Shown here: piece after piece, positions 8,241 to 18,851 of the stretch
Layout of the letters: each line of letters opens with the position of its first letter
Position numbering within the stretch: position 1 is the stretch's first letter
Origin: Thermoanaerobaculia bacterium
GTDB lineage: Bacteria > Acidobacteriota > Thermoanaerobaculia > Multivoradales > Multivoraceae
Assembly: GCA_963666565.1 (NCBI GenBank)
Contig: OY762911.1
Location: 4,320,001 to 4,384,000 of the forward strand
Direction of reading: 5' to 3'
Length of the DNA: 64,000 bases
Translations under genes and position numbers: made by a program
Notes under the pieces: generated by a model
What the model was told of the DNA's origin: nothing
What the model saw: the letters and a program-made list of their open reading frames with translations, nothing else
Databases searched by the model: none

Positions 8241-10094
8241 CTACCGGGCCAGTTCTCTCAACGTGAAGTTCACGGTCAGGGAATGCCGCGGATTCAGGAC
8301 CGTCTCGAACGGCTCGCTGACCTCCCACTTGGCCAGGCTGAAGCGCCGGGCCGAGATGCGCACCCAACCGGGCGGCACGCCGCGCGCCGAGTAGGCGCCG
8401 TCTTCGCCGACGCTCGCCTGATGCACGAGGCTTCCGTCCGCCGACTCGAAGCGGACGATCGCGCCGTCCGCCGGCTGGCCCGTGGACGCGCTCACCACGC
8501 GGCCGCGGATCACGGTGTCGGCGAGTTCCAGCAAGAGCGGCTCGTCGGCCGGCACGTCGATGCCGTGGAAGAACTGCATCGCCTCGTGGTCCGGCGCGAT
8601 GACATCCACCCGCCAGCCCTCCCGTCCCGGCAGCGCTCCCCGGAACCAGCCGTCGTCGTCGCTGCGGAACGTCAGGTCCGGCGAGGTCTGGCGGCCGCCG
8701 AAGAACACGAGCCCCCGCACCGGCACGTCGTCCAGCATCAGTCGCCCCACAACCGGGATCAGGTCCAGTTCGACGACCGCGACCAGGTCGCCCACGATCT
8801 CCAGGTAGTCCAGGCCGCCGAACCGGCCGCCCGCCTCGTCGGCGATCTCCACACTGAACGCGCCGTTGCCCGGCACGTGAAACCGCACCCGGCCGTTCTC
8901 CACCACCGCCCGCTGCTGGGGGTAGTCCCCGGGCCGGTACTGCCGCCAGAACTCGACCGGGTTCGCCGGCTCGATCTGCTTCAGCCGGGCCACCCACTCG
9001 CTCTCGTAAGGCGGATCGGCGGGGAGCACGGAGACTTCCAGGAGGTGGCTTCGCATGAGCGGGATCCGTTTCCGCGGAAACGTCTCGGCGTCCCTCCGGA
9101 GCGTGTAGGGGCCGGCGCGCGCAGCCACGCGGTCGTCGCAGTCGACCTGGATCCAGTGGTGGCCGGGGCCCAGGCCCGCCGCCTGGAAGAACCCGTCCCG
9201 GTCCACATCCACCGTCGCGGCGACGTCCTCCAGGCCGGTCGTCCAGAACGCCGGATCGGCCTTTGCGATGTGGACCACGCAACGCTCGATCAGCTCCCGG
9301 AAGCCCGGTCCCGGCGCGACGAAGCCGGCGAGACTGGCGCCGGGGACGAGCGTCTGGTCGCCCAGGCGAAGCTGCCGCCGGCCGTGGAGCGGCGTCTGCC
9401 AGCGGTACTCGGGCGAGTGTCCGGGCAGCCAGAACACGAGGTGAACCAGGGCGCCCGGCAGTTCGCAGGACCAGCGGCCGTCGGCCGCCACCGGGCATCG
9501 GACCCTGGCGCCCTTCAGGCGGAAGCGCGGGTCCATCCGTTCCGGATCGACGTCGCCGAGGAGGATCGAGACTTCGGCGGGCGGCCGGCGGGGACCGACC
9601 ACGCGCCCCGACACGGCGACCGCCGGGAAGACCGGCACCTCGTACAGGCGCACGACGTCGCCCGCGGGTTCTTCGGCGCCGGACTCCTCTGCGGCCGCGG
9701 CCCCGGCGCCCGGCGGCGAGTCCGTCTCCGCGTCCGGCGCCAGGCCGGGATCGACGTACACCTCGCGGCCCCAGAAGCCGCTGCCGGCCGCCGGCCGCAC
9801 GTTCCACGGTCCGGGCTCGCGCAGGAACACCTGGAACGGCTGATCGCTGACCACTGGCAGGTCCTGCTCGACGCCCTCGGCGTTCCTTGCCACCAGCGTC
9901 ACGTCGGCAGCGACCGTGCGATACGCCACCGCCTGCAGCACGACGCCGGTCACCTCCTCCGCCGGCGTCCGTCCCGCGGATCCCGCCGGTTCCTGCGCCG
10001 CGGAAGCGGCGGCGCCAAGGACAAGCGCGGCCGCCAGCGGCCCTGCCCTGCCAAGAGGCCCTGCTCTGCCAAGAGATCGCGTCCAGACCCTCAT
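8241..10094 (-). CDS. Exported protein with carboxypeptidase-regulatory-like (prealbumin/SpaA-type) beta-sandwich repeats
   Basis: Signal peptide (LAAALVLGAAASA); repeated motifs VSGRVVG, DRDGFFQAAGLGPG, IRGRVVSASTGQPADGAIV, GEDGAYSARGVPPG. Confidence 0.65.
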   Translation of the reverse strand: MRVWTRSLGRAGPLGRAGPLAAALVLGAAASAAQEPAGSAGRTPAEEVTGVVLQAVAYRTVAADVTLVARNAEGVEQDLPVVSDQPFQVFLREPGPWNVRPAAGSGFWGREVYVDPGLAPDAETDSPPGAGAAAAEESGAEEPAGDVVRLYEVPVFPAVAVSGRVVGPRRPPAEVSILLGDVDPERMDPRFRLKGARVRCPVAADGRWSCELPGALVHLVFWLPGHSPEYRWQTPLHGRRQLRLGDQTLVPGASLAGFVAPGPGFRELIERCVVHIAKADPAFWTTGLEDVAATVDVDRDGFFQAAGLGPGHHWIQVDCDDRVAARAGPYTLRRDAETFPRKRIPLMRSHLLEVSVLPADPPYESEWVARLKQIEPANPVEFWRQYRPGDYPQQRAVVENGRVRFHVPGNGAFSVEIADEAGGRFGGLDYLEIVGDLVAVVELDLIPVVGRLMLDDVPVRGLVFFGGRQTSPDLTFRSDDDGWFRGALPGREGWRVDVIAPDHEAMQFFHGIDVPADEPLLLELADTVIRGRVVSASTGQPADGAIVRFESADGSLVHQASVGEDGAYSARGVPPGWVRISARRFSLAKWEVSEPFETVLNPRHSLTVNFTLRELAR

Positions 10095-10196
10095 TCCGCT
10101 CCGTCGCCGCGCCGCGACAGCTTCCCCCATGCCATTGCCAACCCGCGTGGCCGGCCCGCCGATTCCGCCGACCTCGACCGCTTCCGGCTCTCAACT

Positions 10197-13100
10197 CTAC
10201 CGAGGCGGGCCGTCAACGGCCCGGCCTCGCGTGTCGGATGTCGGCCTCCTCGGCCGTTCCTCGCAAGCGGCGATCCGCTTCAGCTCGAGGCGGTCGAACC
10301 AGGCATCGCCCAGGTTCGCGCCGTCGCGGGCCGCGCGGATTCTGATCGCGCCGACCGAGGCGGGGATGCACTTCGTCATGGCCCGGCACTCCCAGGCCCC
10401 GGTCGAGGAGGCCACGAGGTGGGCGTCGTCGAAGTCCGCGTCCCGGCCGGCGCCGTCGTCGAAGTCCACGAAGACGTTGTCGCGGGCGTTTTCCCGGACC
10501 ATGCAGGCCGAGAGTTGGTAGGTGCCGCCTTCGATGGGGATCCAGTCCTCGGTGACCGCCGCGTCGGGCGCTGCGCCAGGCGTTGCGTCGCCGCCGTCGC
10601 CGCCGTCGCCGCCGCCGCGGAGCACCAGGCTCCAGGCGCCGGCGTCGAGGCCCGAGGGCGGCCGGGCGACCGCCGCGTCGCCCCAGGCGGCCGTCCAGCC
10701 GGGCGCCGCGGGAGCCCTGTCCTGCCCGCCGTCGAGTCGGGGCGCGCCGGAGGTCCCGGCCCGCTCGCCCTCGAGTCCGGCTCCGGGCGCGACGTCGTCC
10801 AGGTTCCCGTTCAGCACCGCCGTCTTCGGCCAGCCCGGCGAGAACGGATCGAACCACGGAACCGCCGGCGCCGCAGGCGCGACCGGCGTCAACGCCTTCT
10901 CGACGGCCCACCATTCGACGACCGACGCGACGCCGGATCGCCGCGCGTACACTGCGCCGTAGCCCCGCGCCAGGAAGAACGTGTCGTGGACCTCCGCCCG
11001 CGCCGCGTCCGGCCAGTAGCGGACTTCCAGCACGTCCTCGAAGACGAGGCCGGGGACCGGCGGCACCTCGAACGCCGCCCGGTGCGACAGCGCCTCCATG
11101 CGCATCGTCGCCCACAGGACGCCGTCCTGGTTCCGCCGGCGGTCCGAGAGCAGCCGCCCGGTTGCGGGGCCTTCCACGACATCGCCCACCGCCATGAAGC
11201 GGTTCATCCAGCGGAAGGGACGGTCCAGCGCGACGCTCGGCCGGGCTTCCCCGCCCGCCGAGGCGCCGCCGAACGTACCCCAGTAGTCGAGGCCGCCCTC
11301 GACCTCCTCGAAGATGTCGTAGCGCTCGCCGCCCGGATCGCCCAGCAAGGCCACCTTCCTGCCCCACAGGTCGCCGCGCCAGAAGGAGCGGAGATACGCC
11401 GTGCCCTCGGCCGGCGCCGCGCGCCCGTCCCCGAGGCGGGTCCGCACCTTCAAGGCGCTGCCGTGCGGCAGCAGCCAGTACTCGAACATGTCGACCGCGC
11501 CGGACGGCGACGGCGGCGCAAGGGCCGTCGACGACCAGGCGGACGCTCCCTCCGTCACCGTTGCCGAGAAGGTCAGCGTCGTCTTGCCCCCGTTCCTGCC
11601 CGTCGCGGTGTAGGTGTACGTGGTGGCCTCAAGCGTCGCCGTCGGCGTCCCCGACACCGTCCGCGTCGCCGCCGCGAACGTCACGCCGGCGGGCAGCTCT
11701 GGCGTCAGCGAGTAGGTCACCCTGCCGCCGCCGCCGCTTGCCGCGGGCAGCGTCAGCGAGGCGATCGCCGCGTCCTTCGTCCACGACTGATTCGCGACGG
11801 TCGCGGCGCCGAACGACGGGTCCTCCACCGCGATCGTCGCGCTCGTCGTCGAGTCGCCGAACCAGGAACCGGGATCGCGCACCATCCGCCACGCGAAGAC
11901 GTGGCCGCCCGTAGTCGACGGCGCCGTGATCGAGATCGTGAAGACCGCCTCGCCGTTCGGCGCCACGTCCGACGCCAGGGAGACCCGGTTCGTGCCCCAC
12001 GTCGTGTTGTCGGCGGGACTCTGCGAGCCCAGTTTGTAGCCCAGGGCCGTCGTCCAGGTCGTCGTCCCCGTGTTCCGCATCGTCACCGTCACCGTCGCCG
12101 TGCCGCCGGCCGCCATCTTCGTCGGCACGCCGGTCGCCGACACGAACGCCGCGCTGTCGCCGGCGGCCGCCGCCACCCGGATCCGGAACGTCAGCGTCGC
12201 CTTGTTGCCGGCCCCGTCGGTTGCCGTGTACGTGTACGTCGCCCCCGTCTGCGACGCCGTCGGCGTCCCCGACAACGTCCGCGTCGCCGCGGCGAAAGTC
12301 ACGCCCGCGGGCAGCGCGGGAGACAACGCGTAGGTCAGCGTCGCGTTGCTGCCGCTCGCCGCCGGCAGCGTCAGCGTCGCGATCGCCGTGTCCTTCACCC
12401 ACGCCTGGTCGGCCACCGTCGCGTCGCCGAACGACGGATCTTCCACCGTTATCGTCTTGCTCGTCGTCGAATCGCCGAACCACGTCGCCGCGTCCCGCAC
12501 CATCTGCCACGCGAACGCGTGCGAGCCTGTCGTCGAAGGCGCCGCGATCGCGAACGTGAAGTCCGCCGTCGCGTTCGGCGCCGTGTCCGAAGGCACGGAC
12601 ACCCGGCTCGAAACCCACGTCGTGTTGTCGGCCGGACTCTGCGCCCCCAGCTTGTAGCCGGCGGCCGACGTCCACGTCGTCGTGCCCGTGTTCCGCATCG
12701 TCACCGTCACCGTCGCCGTGCCGCCCGCCGCGATCTTCGACGGCACGCCCGAGTACGACACGAACGCCGCGTTGTCCACCGGCGCCTCCGTCGCCTCGAT
12801 CCGGAACGAGATCGTCGCCTTGTCGCCGTCCGTGTCCGTCGCCGTGTACGTGTACCAGGCCTCCGCCTTCGCCGCCGTCGGCGTACCCGCCAGCGTCCGC
12901 GTCGCCGCCGTGAAGGTCACGCCCGCCGGCGGCGAGGGCGTCAGCGCGTAGGTCAAAGCGCCCGTGCCGCCGCTCGCCGCCGGCAGCGTCAGCGACGCGA
13001 TCGGCGTGCCCTTGATCCAGGCCTGGTCGGCCACCGTCGCGTCGCCGAACGACGGGTCCTCCACCGTGATCGTGTTCAGCGTCGTCTTGGCGCCGAACCA

Positions 13101-16100
13101 GCCCGACGAGCCCTGGATCATCTGCCACCGGAACTTGTAGCTCCCCGTCGTCGTCGGCGCCACGATCGTGAACGTGAAGTCGCCCGTCGCGTTCGGCGCC
13201 ACGTCCGATGCGAGCGATACCCGCTTGAGGCCCCACGTCGTGTTGTTCTCCGGCCGCTGGGAACCCAGCTTGTAGTTCGCGGACGTCCACGTCGTCGTCC
13301 CGGTGTTCTGCATCCGCACCGTCACCGTCGCCTTGCCGCCGGCGACGATCTTCGTCGGCACGCCCGTGTACGACACGAAGGTCGCCCCGTCCGACGCCTT
13401 GCCCGCCACCCGGATGGTGAACGTGAGGGTCGCCGCGTCGCCGTCCGCGTCCGTCGCCTTGTACGTGTACGTCGTCGCGTCCTGCTTGCTCGTCGGCGTC
13501 CCCGACAGCCGCCGCGTCGAGTCGTCGAACGTCACGCCAGCCGGCAGGGTCCCGGTCAGCGAGTAGCTCAGCTTGCCGTTGCCGCCGGTCGCCGCCGGCA
13601 GCGTCACCGTGCCGATGGACACGTTCTTCACCCAGGTCTTGTCCAGGATCGACGACGAGCCGAACGACGGCGTCGTGTCCGCCTCCACCGCGATCGTCTC
13701 GAGCGTCGACTTGGCGCCGAACCAGCCGGCCGCGCCCTTCAGCATCCGCCACCGGAACTTGTAACTCCCCGTCTTCGCCGGCGCGGTGATCGTGAACGTG
13801 AAGTCCGCCGTCGCGTTCGGCGGCGTGGAGGCCGGCAGAGCGACCCGCTTCAGGCCCCAGGTCGTGTTGTCCTCCGGCCGTTGCGAGCCCAACTGGTAGC
13901 CCGCGGCCGACGTCCAGGTGGTCGTGCCGGCGTTCCGCATCCGGACGGTCACCGTCGCCGTCGAACCCGCCGCCATCGTCGAAGGCAAGCCCGTGTAGGA
14001 GACGAACGACGCGCCGTCCGACGCCTTCCCGTCCACCCGGATGGTGAACGTGACCGTCGCCGCGTCGCCGTCCGTGTCCGTCGCCTTGTAGGTGTACGTC
14101 GTCGCGGCCTGCTTCTTCGTCGGCGTCCCCGACAGCGTCCGCGCCGTGGCGTCGAACGTCACGCCCGCGGGCAGGGTCCCGGTCAGCGAGTAGGCGAGCT
14201 TGCCGTTGCCGCCCGTCGCCGCCGGCAGCGTCACCGTGCCGATCGACACGTTCTTCACCCAGGTCCGGTCGAGCGGCGGCGTCCCGAACGACGGCGACGT
14301 GTCCGGCGCCGCCGACACCGCGATCGTCTCGAGCGTCGACTTGGCGCCGAACCAGCCGGCCGCGCCCTTCAGCATCCGCCACCGGAACTTGTAGCTCCCC
14401 GTCTTCGCCGGCGCCGTAATGCTGAACGAGAAGTCCGCCGTCGCGTTCGGCGGCGTGGAAGCCGGCAGAGCGACCCGCTTCAGGCCCCAGGTCGTGTTGT
14501 CGGCGGGCCGCTGCGAGCCCAACTGGTAGGCCGCGGCCGAGGTCCAGGTCGTCGTCCCCGCGTTCCGCATCCGGACGGTTACCGTCGCGGTCGAACCGGC
14601 CGTCATCGTCGAGGGCACGCCCGTGTAGGACACGAACGCCGCGCCGTCCGACGCCTTGCCGTCCACCCGGATGGTGAACGTGAGCGTCGCCGACTTGGCG
14701 GCGGTGTCCGTCGCCTTGTAGGTGTACGTGACCGCGGACTGCTTCTTCGTCGGCGTGCCCGACAGCGTCCGCGCCGAGGCGTCGAACGTCACGCCCGCGG
14801 GCAGGGTCCCGGTCAGGGAGTAGCTCAACGAGCCGGTTCCGCCGATCGCCTTCGGCAGCGTCACCGTCCCGATCGACACGTTCTTCACCCACGTCCGGTC
14901 GCGGATCGTCTCGCTGAAGGTCGGAATGGCCGGCGCCGCCGACACCGCGATCGCGAACGTGAGCGTCGCCGTGTCGCCGTCCGTGTCGGTCGCCGTGTAC
15001 GTGTACGTCGTCGCGGCCAGCGTCGCGGTCGGCGTGCCCGACAGCGTCCGCGACGAAGGAGAAGAGTCGAACGACAGGCCCGCGGGCAGCGCCGGCGACA
15101 GCGAGTAGGCCAGGGTCCCGTCGCCGCCGGTCGCCGCCGGCAGCACCGTAGAGGTCATCGCCCGGTTCTGCGTCAGCGTCATGTCGGGAATCGTCTTGCC
15201 GCCGAACGAGGGCTGCTTGTCCGCGCTGTCGTCGTCGGTCACCGTCACGGCTACCGACGCCCTCACGCTGGCGTAGTCGCCGCCGGCAGCGGTCAGGTCG
15301 ACCGTCGTGCTCTCGTTCGCAGCGTCCGCGTCCTGCTCGCCCGTCACCGTCACGGTCTGGGTCGTGTTGTAGTTCGTCGTCGTGAACGTCAGGCTCGACG
15401 GACTCGCCGTCGCGGCTGTCGTGTCCCCGCTCGACACTGTCACGGTCACGTTCGCCGTCGGCTGCGTCGCCAGCTTCGCCGTGAACGTGCCGCTGCCGCC
15501 CTCGGCCACCGTCAGGCTCGTCGGGCTCGCGACCACGGCCTTCGTGTCGTCGTCCGTCACCGTCGCGCCCACCGAAGCGGACACGTTGGCGTAATCGCCG
15601 CCGGCAGCGGTCAGGCCGACGGTCACGCTCTCGTCGGCCGCGTCGGCGTCCTGCTTGCCCGTCACCGTCACCGTCTGCGCCGTCGCGTAGTTCGTCGTCG
15701 TGAAGGTCAGGCTCGCCGGACTCGCCGTCGCGGCGCCCGGGTCCCCGCTCGACACCGACACCGTCACGTTCGCCGTCGGCTGCGTCGCCAGCTTCGCCGT
15801 GAACGTGCCGCTGCCGCCCTCGGCGACCGTCAGACTCGTCGGGCTCACCGTCAGAGCCGCGGTCTCGTCGTCGTCCACCGTCACGGCCACCGACGCGGAT
15901 ACGTTGGCGTAATCGCCGCCGGCAGCGGTCAGGCCGACGGTCACGCTCTCGTCGGACGCGTCGGCGTCCTGCTTGCCCGTCACCGTCACCGTCTGCGCTG
16001 TGGTGTAGTTCGTCGTCGTGAAGGTCAGGGTCGCCGGACTCGCCGTCGCGGCGCCCGGGTCCCCGCTCGACACCGACACCGTCACGTCGGCCGTCGGCTG

Positions 16101-18812
16101 CGTCGCCAGCTTCGCCGTGAAGGTGCCGCTGCCACCCTCGGTCACCGTACTGCTCGCCGGGCTGACGACGACAGTCCGCGTATCGTCGTCCGTCACCGTC
16201 ACGCTCACCGAGGCCGACACGTTGTCGTAGCCCCCGCCGCTGGCGCTCAGGTTGACGGTCGTGCTTTCGTTGGACGCGTCCGCGTCCTCCACGCCCGTCA
16301 CCGTCACTGTCTGGAACGTGTTGTAGTTCGTCGTCGTGAACGTCAGGCTCGCCGAGCTCACCGTCGCGACCGTCGTGTCACCGCTCGACACCGACACCGT
16401 CACGTCGGCCGTCGGAAGCGCCGCCAGCTTCACCGTGAAGTCCCTCTTGTCCTCCGCGGCCGTACCCTCCGTGACCGTCAGACTCGTAGTGCTCACGGTC
16501 AGATCGACTATCGCGATCGTGAACGTCAGTGACGCGGTGTTCGGAGATGGCGTGGCCGAGTCCGTCGCCGTGTAGGTGTACTCCGTCGCGTCCTGCGCCG
16601 CGGTCGGCGTGCCCGAGAGCGTCCGCGAAGAAGAAGACGCGTCGAACGACAGACCCGCCGGCGGCGTCGGCGACAGCGCGTAGGTGAAGGTCCCGGTGCC
16701 GCCAGTCGCCGCCGGCAGGGCCTTCGATGTCATCGCCCGGTTGCGGATCAGGGTCATGTTCGAGATCGTCTTCCCGAACGACGGTGGGGGCGTCGCCGCC
16801 ACTACGGAGACCGTGAACGTCAGTATGGCCGCGTCGCTGTCGCTCCGGTTGTTGTCCGAATCCGTCGCCTTCCATGTACACGTCGTCGCGTCCAGCAACG
16901 CCGTCGGCGTGCCGCTGATGGTCCTGTTCGACCGGGTCACGCCGGTAGGCAGATTGCAGTTGAACGCGTGCGACAACGGGCCATTGCCGCCGGTCGCATC
17001 GGGAAGGGTGATCGGCGTGATCGCTACGTCCTTCGTCCAGACCTTGTCTCCGACGTCCTCGTTCCCGAATGAGGGGGCCGTGTCCTTTTCCACCGTCACG
17101 CTCACCGACGCCGATTCGTTTCCGTAGTCGCCGCCGCTGGCCTTCAGGTTGATCGTGACGCTGCCGGCCTTCTTTCCCGTCACTGTCACTTCCTTCGTGG
17201 AGCTGTAGTTGAAAGCGTTGAACGCCAAGCTGCTCGGGCCCACCGTCGCTACCGTCGTACTCGTGCTCGTCACCGACACCGTCACCGGTTCGCTCGGCAA
17301 CGTCGCCAGATTCGCCTTGAAGACGCCAGTTTCGCCCTCCACGATCGACAGGCTCGTCGGATCGACATCGATGCCCCGCGAATCGACGTCGTTCACCGTC
17401 GCGGCAACCGACGCCGTGCCTTTGCCGCAGCTTTCCTCGCTCGATTCCAGGTCGATCGTCACGTTTTCGTCCCACGCATCGGGGTCACGGACGCCACTCA
17501 CCTTCACCGACTTCGTGGTGTTCCAGTTGGAAGTGCTGAACTGCAGGCTCGAACTCACCGTCGCCGCCCCGGTGTCGTCGCTCTCCAGTGTCACCGACAC
17601 CGTGCCGGCTGGCCTGGCCGCCAACTTCACACCAAAGGAGCCGTTGCCCCCCTCGTTGACCGTCAGCTTCGGCAAGCTGGCGACCGGAGCCGGCGTGTCG
17701 CCAGCCGTGACCGTCACGCTGACCGACGCCGAGACGTTGTTGTAGCCGCCGCCGCTCGCCCTCAGGTTGATCGTCGTGGTCTTGTTCGTGGCGTTGCAGT
17801 GCAGAACGCCGGTGACCGTCACCGTCTTCGCCGCGGTTTCGCCCTTGTTGAAGATCAGCGTCGCCGGACTCACCGTCGCCGTTCCGGCAGCCCCGCTCGA
17901 AACCGACACCGTCACCTTGCCCGTCGGCGGGGTCGTCGGCGCCACCGTGAACGTCCCCGTCGCTCCGCTTTTGATCGTCAGGTTCTTCGGGCTCGCCGTG
18001 AGAGCGGGCCGTTTCGCCCAGATCTGGAAGGTCAACGTATCGGCATCGCTGTCCGCCTTGTTGTCGTCCGAGTCCTCCACCTTCCACGTGCAGTTCGTCG
18101 GCCCCCACGCCGTTGCGGGCGTGCCGACGATCTGCATCTTCTTCCGGCTCACGCCATTGGGCAAGTAACACGACACCAGCGAGTACTTCAAAGCTCCGTT
18201 GCCGCCAGTGGCCGACGGTAGATCCACCGCTGTGATCGCCTTGCCCCTCTCCCAAACCTGGTCGGAGATCGTCTGGTCGCCGAACGTTGGCGCCGTGTCC
18301 GGCTCCTTGTTCGTCACCTTGATCGTCACGCTCGTCGTCTTGTCGCCGAAAGGAGTGCTCGTGAGAGCCTCGACGATCGGTCCGATCGGTATGTTGACCT
18401 TGTCCGTGCGGCGCGTCATCTGCCACTGGAAGACGTAGTCGCCCTCCTGTTTCGGCGCCGTGATCTCCATCGTGAACTCGCGCTGCTGGTTCGGCGCCAC
18501 GCCCGAAACCCCCACGCTGTCGACGCCCCAGCCGTTACCGAGCGCGATCAGCGCGTAGCTGGTCACCGTCCCTCCCGAAACCGTGGCGCGCCACGTCGTC
18601 GTGCCGATGTTCCGCATCGTCACCGTCACCGATTTCTTGCCGCCCGGTTTCATCGTCAGCGATACGCCGGAGTACGAAACGAACGACGCGTTGTCTCCGC
18701 CGCGCGCCGCGCTGGCGGTGAACGCGAGGGCGGCGAACAGCACTGCCGCCGCCCCGCGGCGAAGCGCCGCACTGCCGGTTCCGACCGTTCTCGAAGTCGT
18801 CGCGTCCCTCAT
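10197..18812 (-). CDS. Giant (2871 aa) exported repeat protein / putative adhesin with NBR1-Ig-like, He_PIG-like and Calx-beta-like repeats
   Basis: Signal peptide. About 6 units DxAxFVSxxG...TVTVxMxNxGTTTW...FxWxM, about 10 units PSFG...LPAAxGGxG..Y.L...LPAG..F....RTLSGTPT, and about 7 units with ~106-aa period SPxSLTVxEG...F...LAT.PT...LTFTTTNY. Thr/Ala-rich, with a distinct ~440-aa C-terminus. Confidence 0.85.
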   Translation of the reverse strand: MRDATTSRTVGTGSAALRRGAAAVLFAALAFTASAARGGDNASFVSYSGVSLTMKPGGKKSVTVTMRNIGTTTWRATVSGGTVTSYALIALGNGWGVDSVGVSGVAPNQQREFTMEITAPKQEGDYVFQWQMTRRTDKVNIPIGPIVEALTSTPFGDKTTSVTIKVTNKEPDTAPTFGDQTISDQVWERGKAITAVDLPSATGGNGALKYSLVSCYLPNGVSRKKMQIVGTPATAWGPTNCTWKVEDSDDNKADSDADTLTFQIWAKRPALTASPKNLTIKSGATGTFTVAPTTPPTGKVTVSVSSGAAGTATVSPATLIFNKGETAAKTVTVTGVLHCNATNKTTTINLRASGGGYNNVSASVSVTVTAGDTPAPVASLPKLTVNEGGNGSFGVKLAARPAGTVSVTLESDDTGAATVSSSLQFSTSNWNTTKSVKVSGVRDPDAWDENVTIDLESSEESCGKGTASVAATVNDVDSRGIDVDPTSLSIVEGETGVFKANLATLPSEPVTVSVTSTSTTVATVGPSSLAFNAFNYSSTKEVTVTGKKAGSVTINLKASGGDYGNESASVSVTVEKDTAPSFGNEDVGDKVWTKDVAITPITLPDATGGNGPLSHAFNCNLPTGVTRSNRTISGTPTALLDATTCTWKATDSDNNRSDSDAAILTFTVSVVAATPPPSFGKTISNMTLIRNRAMTSKALPAATGGTGTFTYALSPTPPAGLSFDASSSSRTLSGTPTAAQDATEYTYTATDSATPSPNTASLTFTIAIVDLTVSTTSLTVTEGTAAEDKRDFTVKLAALPTADVTVSVSSGDTTVATVSSASLTFTTTNYNTFQTVTVTGVEDADASNESTTVNLSASGGGYDNVSASVSVTVTDDDTRTVVVSPASSTVTEGGSGTFTAKLATQPTADVTVSVSSGDPGAATASPATLTFTTTNYTTAQTVTVTGKQDADASDESVTVGLTAAGGDYANVSASVAVTVDDDETAALTVSPTSLTVAEGGSGTFTAKLATQPTANVTVSVSSGDPGAATASPASLTFTTTNYATAQTVTVTGKQDADAADESVTVGLTAAGGDYANVSASVGATVTDDDTKAVVASPTSLTVAEGGSGTFTAKLATQPTANVTVTVSSGDTTAATASPSSLTFTTTNYNTTQTVTVTGEQDADAANESTTVDLTAAGGDYASVRASVAVTVTDDDSADKQPSFGGKTIPDMTLTQNRAMTSTVLPAATGGDGTLAYSLSPALPAGLSFDSSPSSRTLSGTPTATLAATTYTYTATDTDGDTATLTFAIAVSAAPAIPTFSETIRDRTWVKNVSIGTVTLPKAIGGTGSLSYSLTGTLPAGVTFDASARTLSGTPTKKQSAVTYTYKATDTAAKSATLTFTIRVDGKASDGAAFVSYTGVPSTMTAGSTATVTVRMRNAGTTTWTSAAAYQLGSQRPADNTTWGLKRVALPASTPPNATADFSFSITAPAKTGSYKFRWRMLKGAAGWFGAKSTLETIAVSAAPDTSPSFGTPPLDRTWVKNVSIGTVTLPAATGGNGKLAYSLTGTLPAGVTFDATARTLSGTPTKKQAATTYTYKATDTDGDAATVTFTIRVDGKASDGASFVSYTGLPSTMAAGSTATVTVRMRNAGTTTWTSAAGYQLGSQRPEDNTTWGLKRVALPASTPPNATADFTFTITAPAKTGSYKFRWRMLKGAAGWFGAKSTLETIAVEADTTPSFGSSSILDKTWVKNVSIGTVTLPAATGGNGKLSYSLTGTLPAGVTFDDSTRRLSGTPTSKQDATTYTYKATDADGDAATLTFTIRVAGKASDGATFVSYTGVPTKIVAGGKATVTVRMQNTGTTTWTSANYKLGSQRPENNTTWGLKRVSLASDVAPNATGDFTFTIVAPTTTGSYKFRWQMIQGSSGWFGAKTTLNTITVEDPSFGDATVADQAWIKGTPIASLTLPAASGGTGALTYALTPSPPAGVTFTAATRTLAGTPTAAKAEAWYTYTATDTDGDKATISFRIEATEAPVDNAAFVSYSGVPSKIAAGGTATVTVTMRNTGTTTWTSAAGYKLGAQSPADNTTWVSSRVSVPSDTAPNATADFTFAIAAPSTTGSHAFAWQMVRDAATWFGDSTTSKTITVEDPSFGDATVADQAWVKDTAIATLTLPAASGSNATLTYALSPALPAGVTFAAATRTLSGTPTASQTGATYTYTATDGAGNKATLTFRIRVAAAAGDSAAFVSATGVPTKMAAGGTATVTVTMRNTGTTTWTTALGYKLGSQSPADNTTWGTNRVSLASDVAPNGEAVFTISITAPSTTGGHVFAWRMVRDPGSWFGDSTTSATIAVEDPSFGAATVANQSWTKDAAIASLTLPAASGGGGRVTYSLTPELPAGVTFAAATRTVSGTPTATLEATTYTYTATGRNGGKTTLTFSATVTEGASAWSSTALAPPSPSGAVDMFEYWLLPHGSALKVRTRLGDGRAAPAEGTAYLRSFWRGDLWGRKVALLGDPGGERYDIFEEVEGGLDYWGTFGGASAGGEARPSVALDRPFRWMNRFMAVGDVVEGPATGRLLSDRRRNQDGVLWATMRMEALSHRAAFEVPPVPGLVFEDVLEVRYWPDAARAEVHDTFFLARGYGAVYARRSGVASVVEWWAVEKALTPVAPAAPAVPWFDPFSPGWPKTAVLNGNLDDVAPGAGLEGERAGTSGAPRLDGGQDRAPAAPGWTAAWGDAAVARPPSGLDAGAWSLVLRGGGDGGDGGDATPGAAPDAAVTEDWIPIEGGTYQLSACMVRENARDNVFVDFDDGAGRDADFDDAHLVASSTGAWECRAMTKCIPASVGAIRIRAARDGANLGDAWFDRLELKRIAACEERPRRPTSDTRGRAVDGPPR

Positions 18813-18851
18813 TTCAGTCGCCCTCCCTTCGCCGTCGGGTCGAACCTCCGC

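Noticed and set aside
10040-10076. 18-bp tandem duplication (LGRAGP x2) in a signal peptide
   Set aside because: Only two in-frame copies in an n-region; no evidence of phase variation.
8139-16532. 2797-aa + strand ORF and many other long Arg/Gly/Pro-rich ORFs (e.g. 11629..14892, 31857..34925, 48415..51834)
   Set aside because: Antisense or off-frame shadows of real genes in high-GC DNA; no motifs and biased composition.
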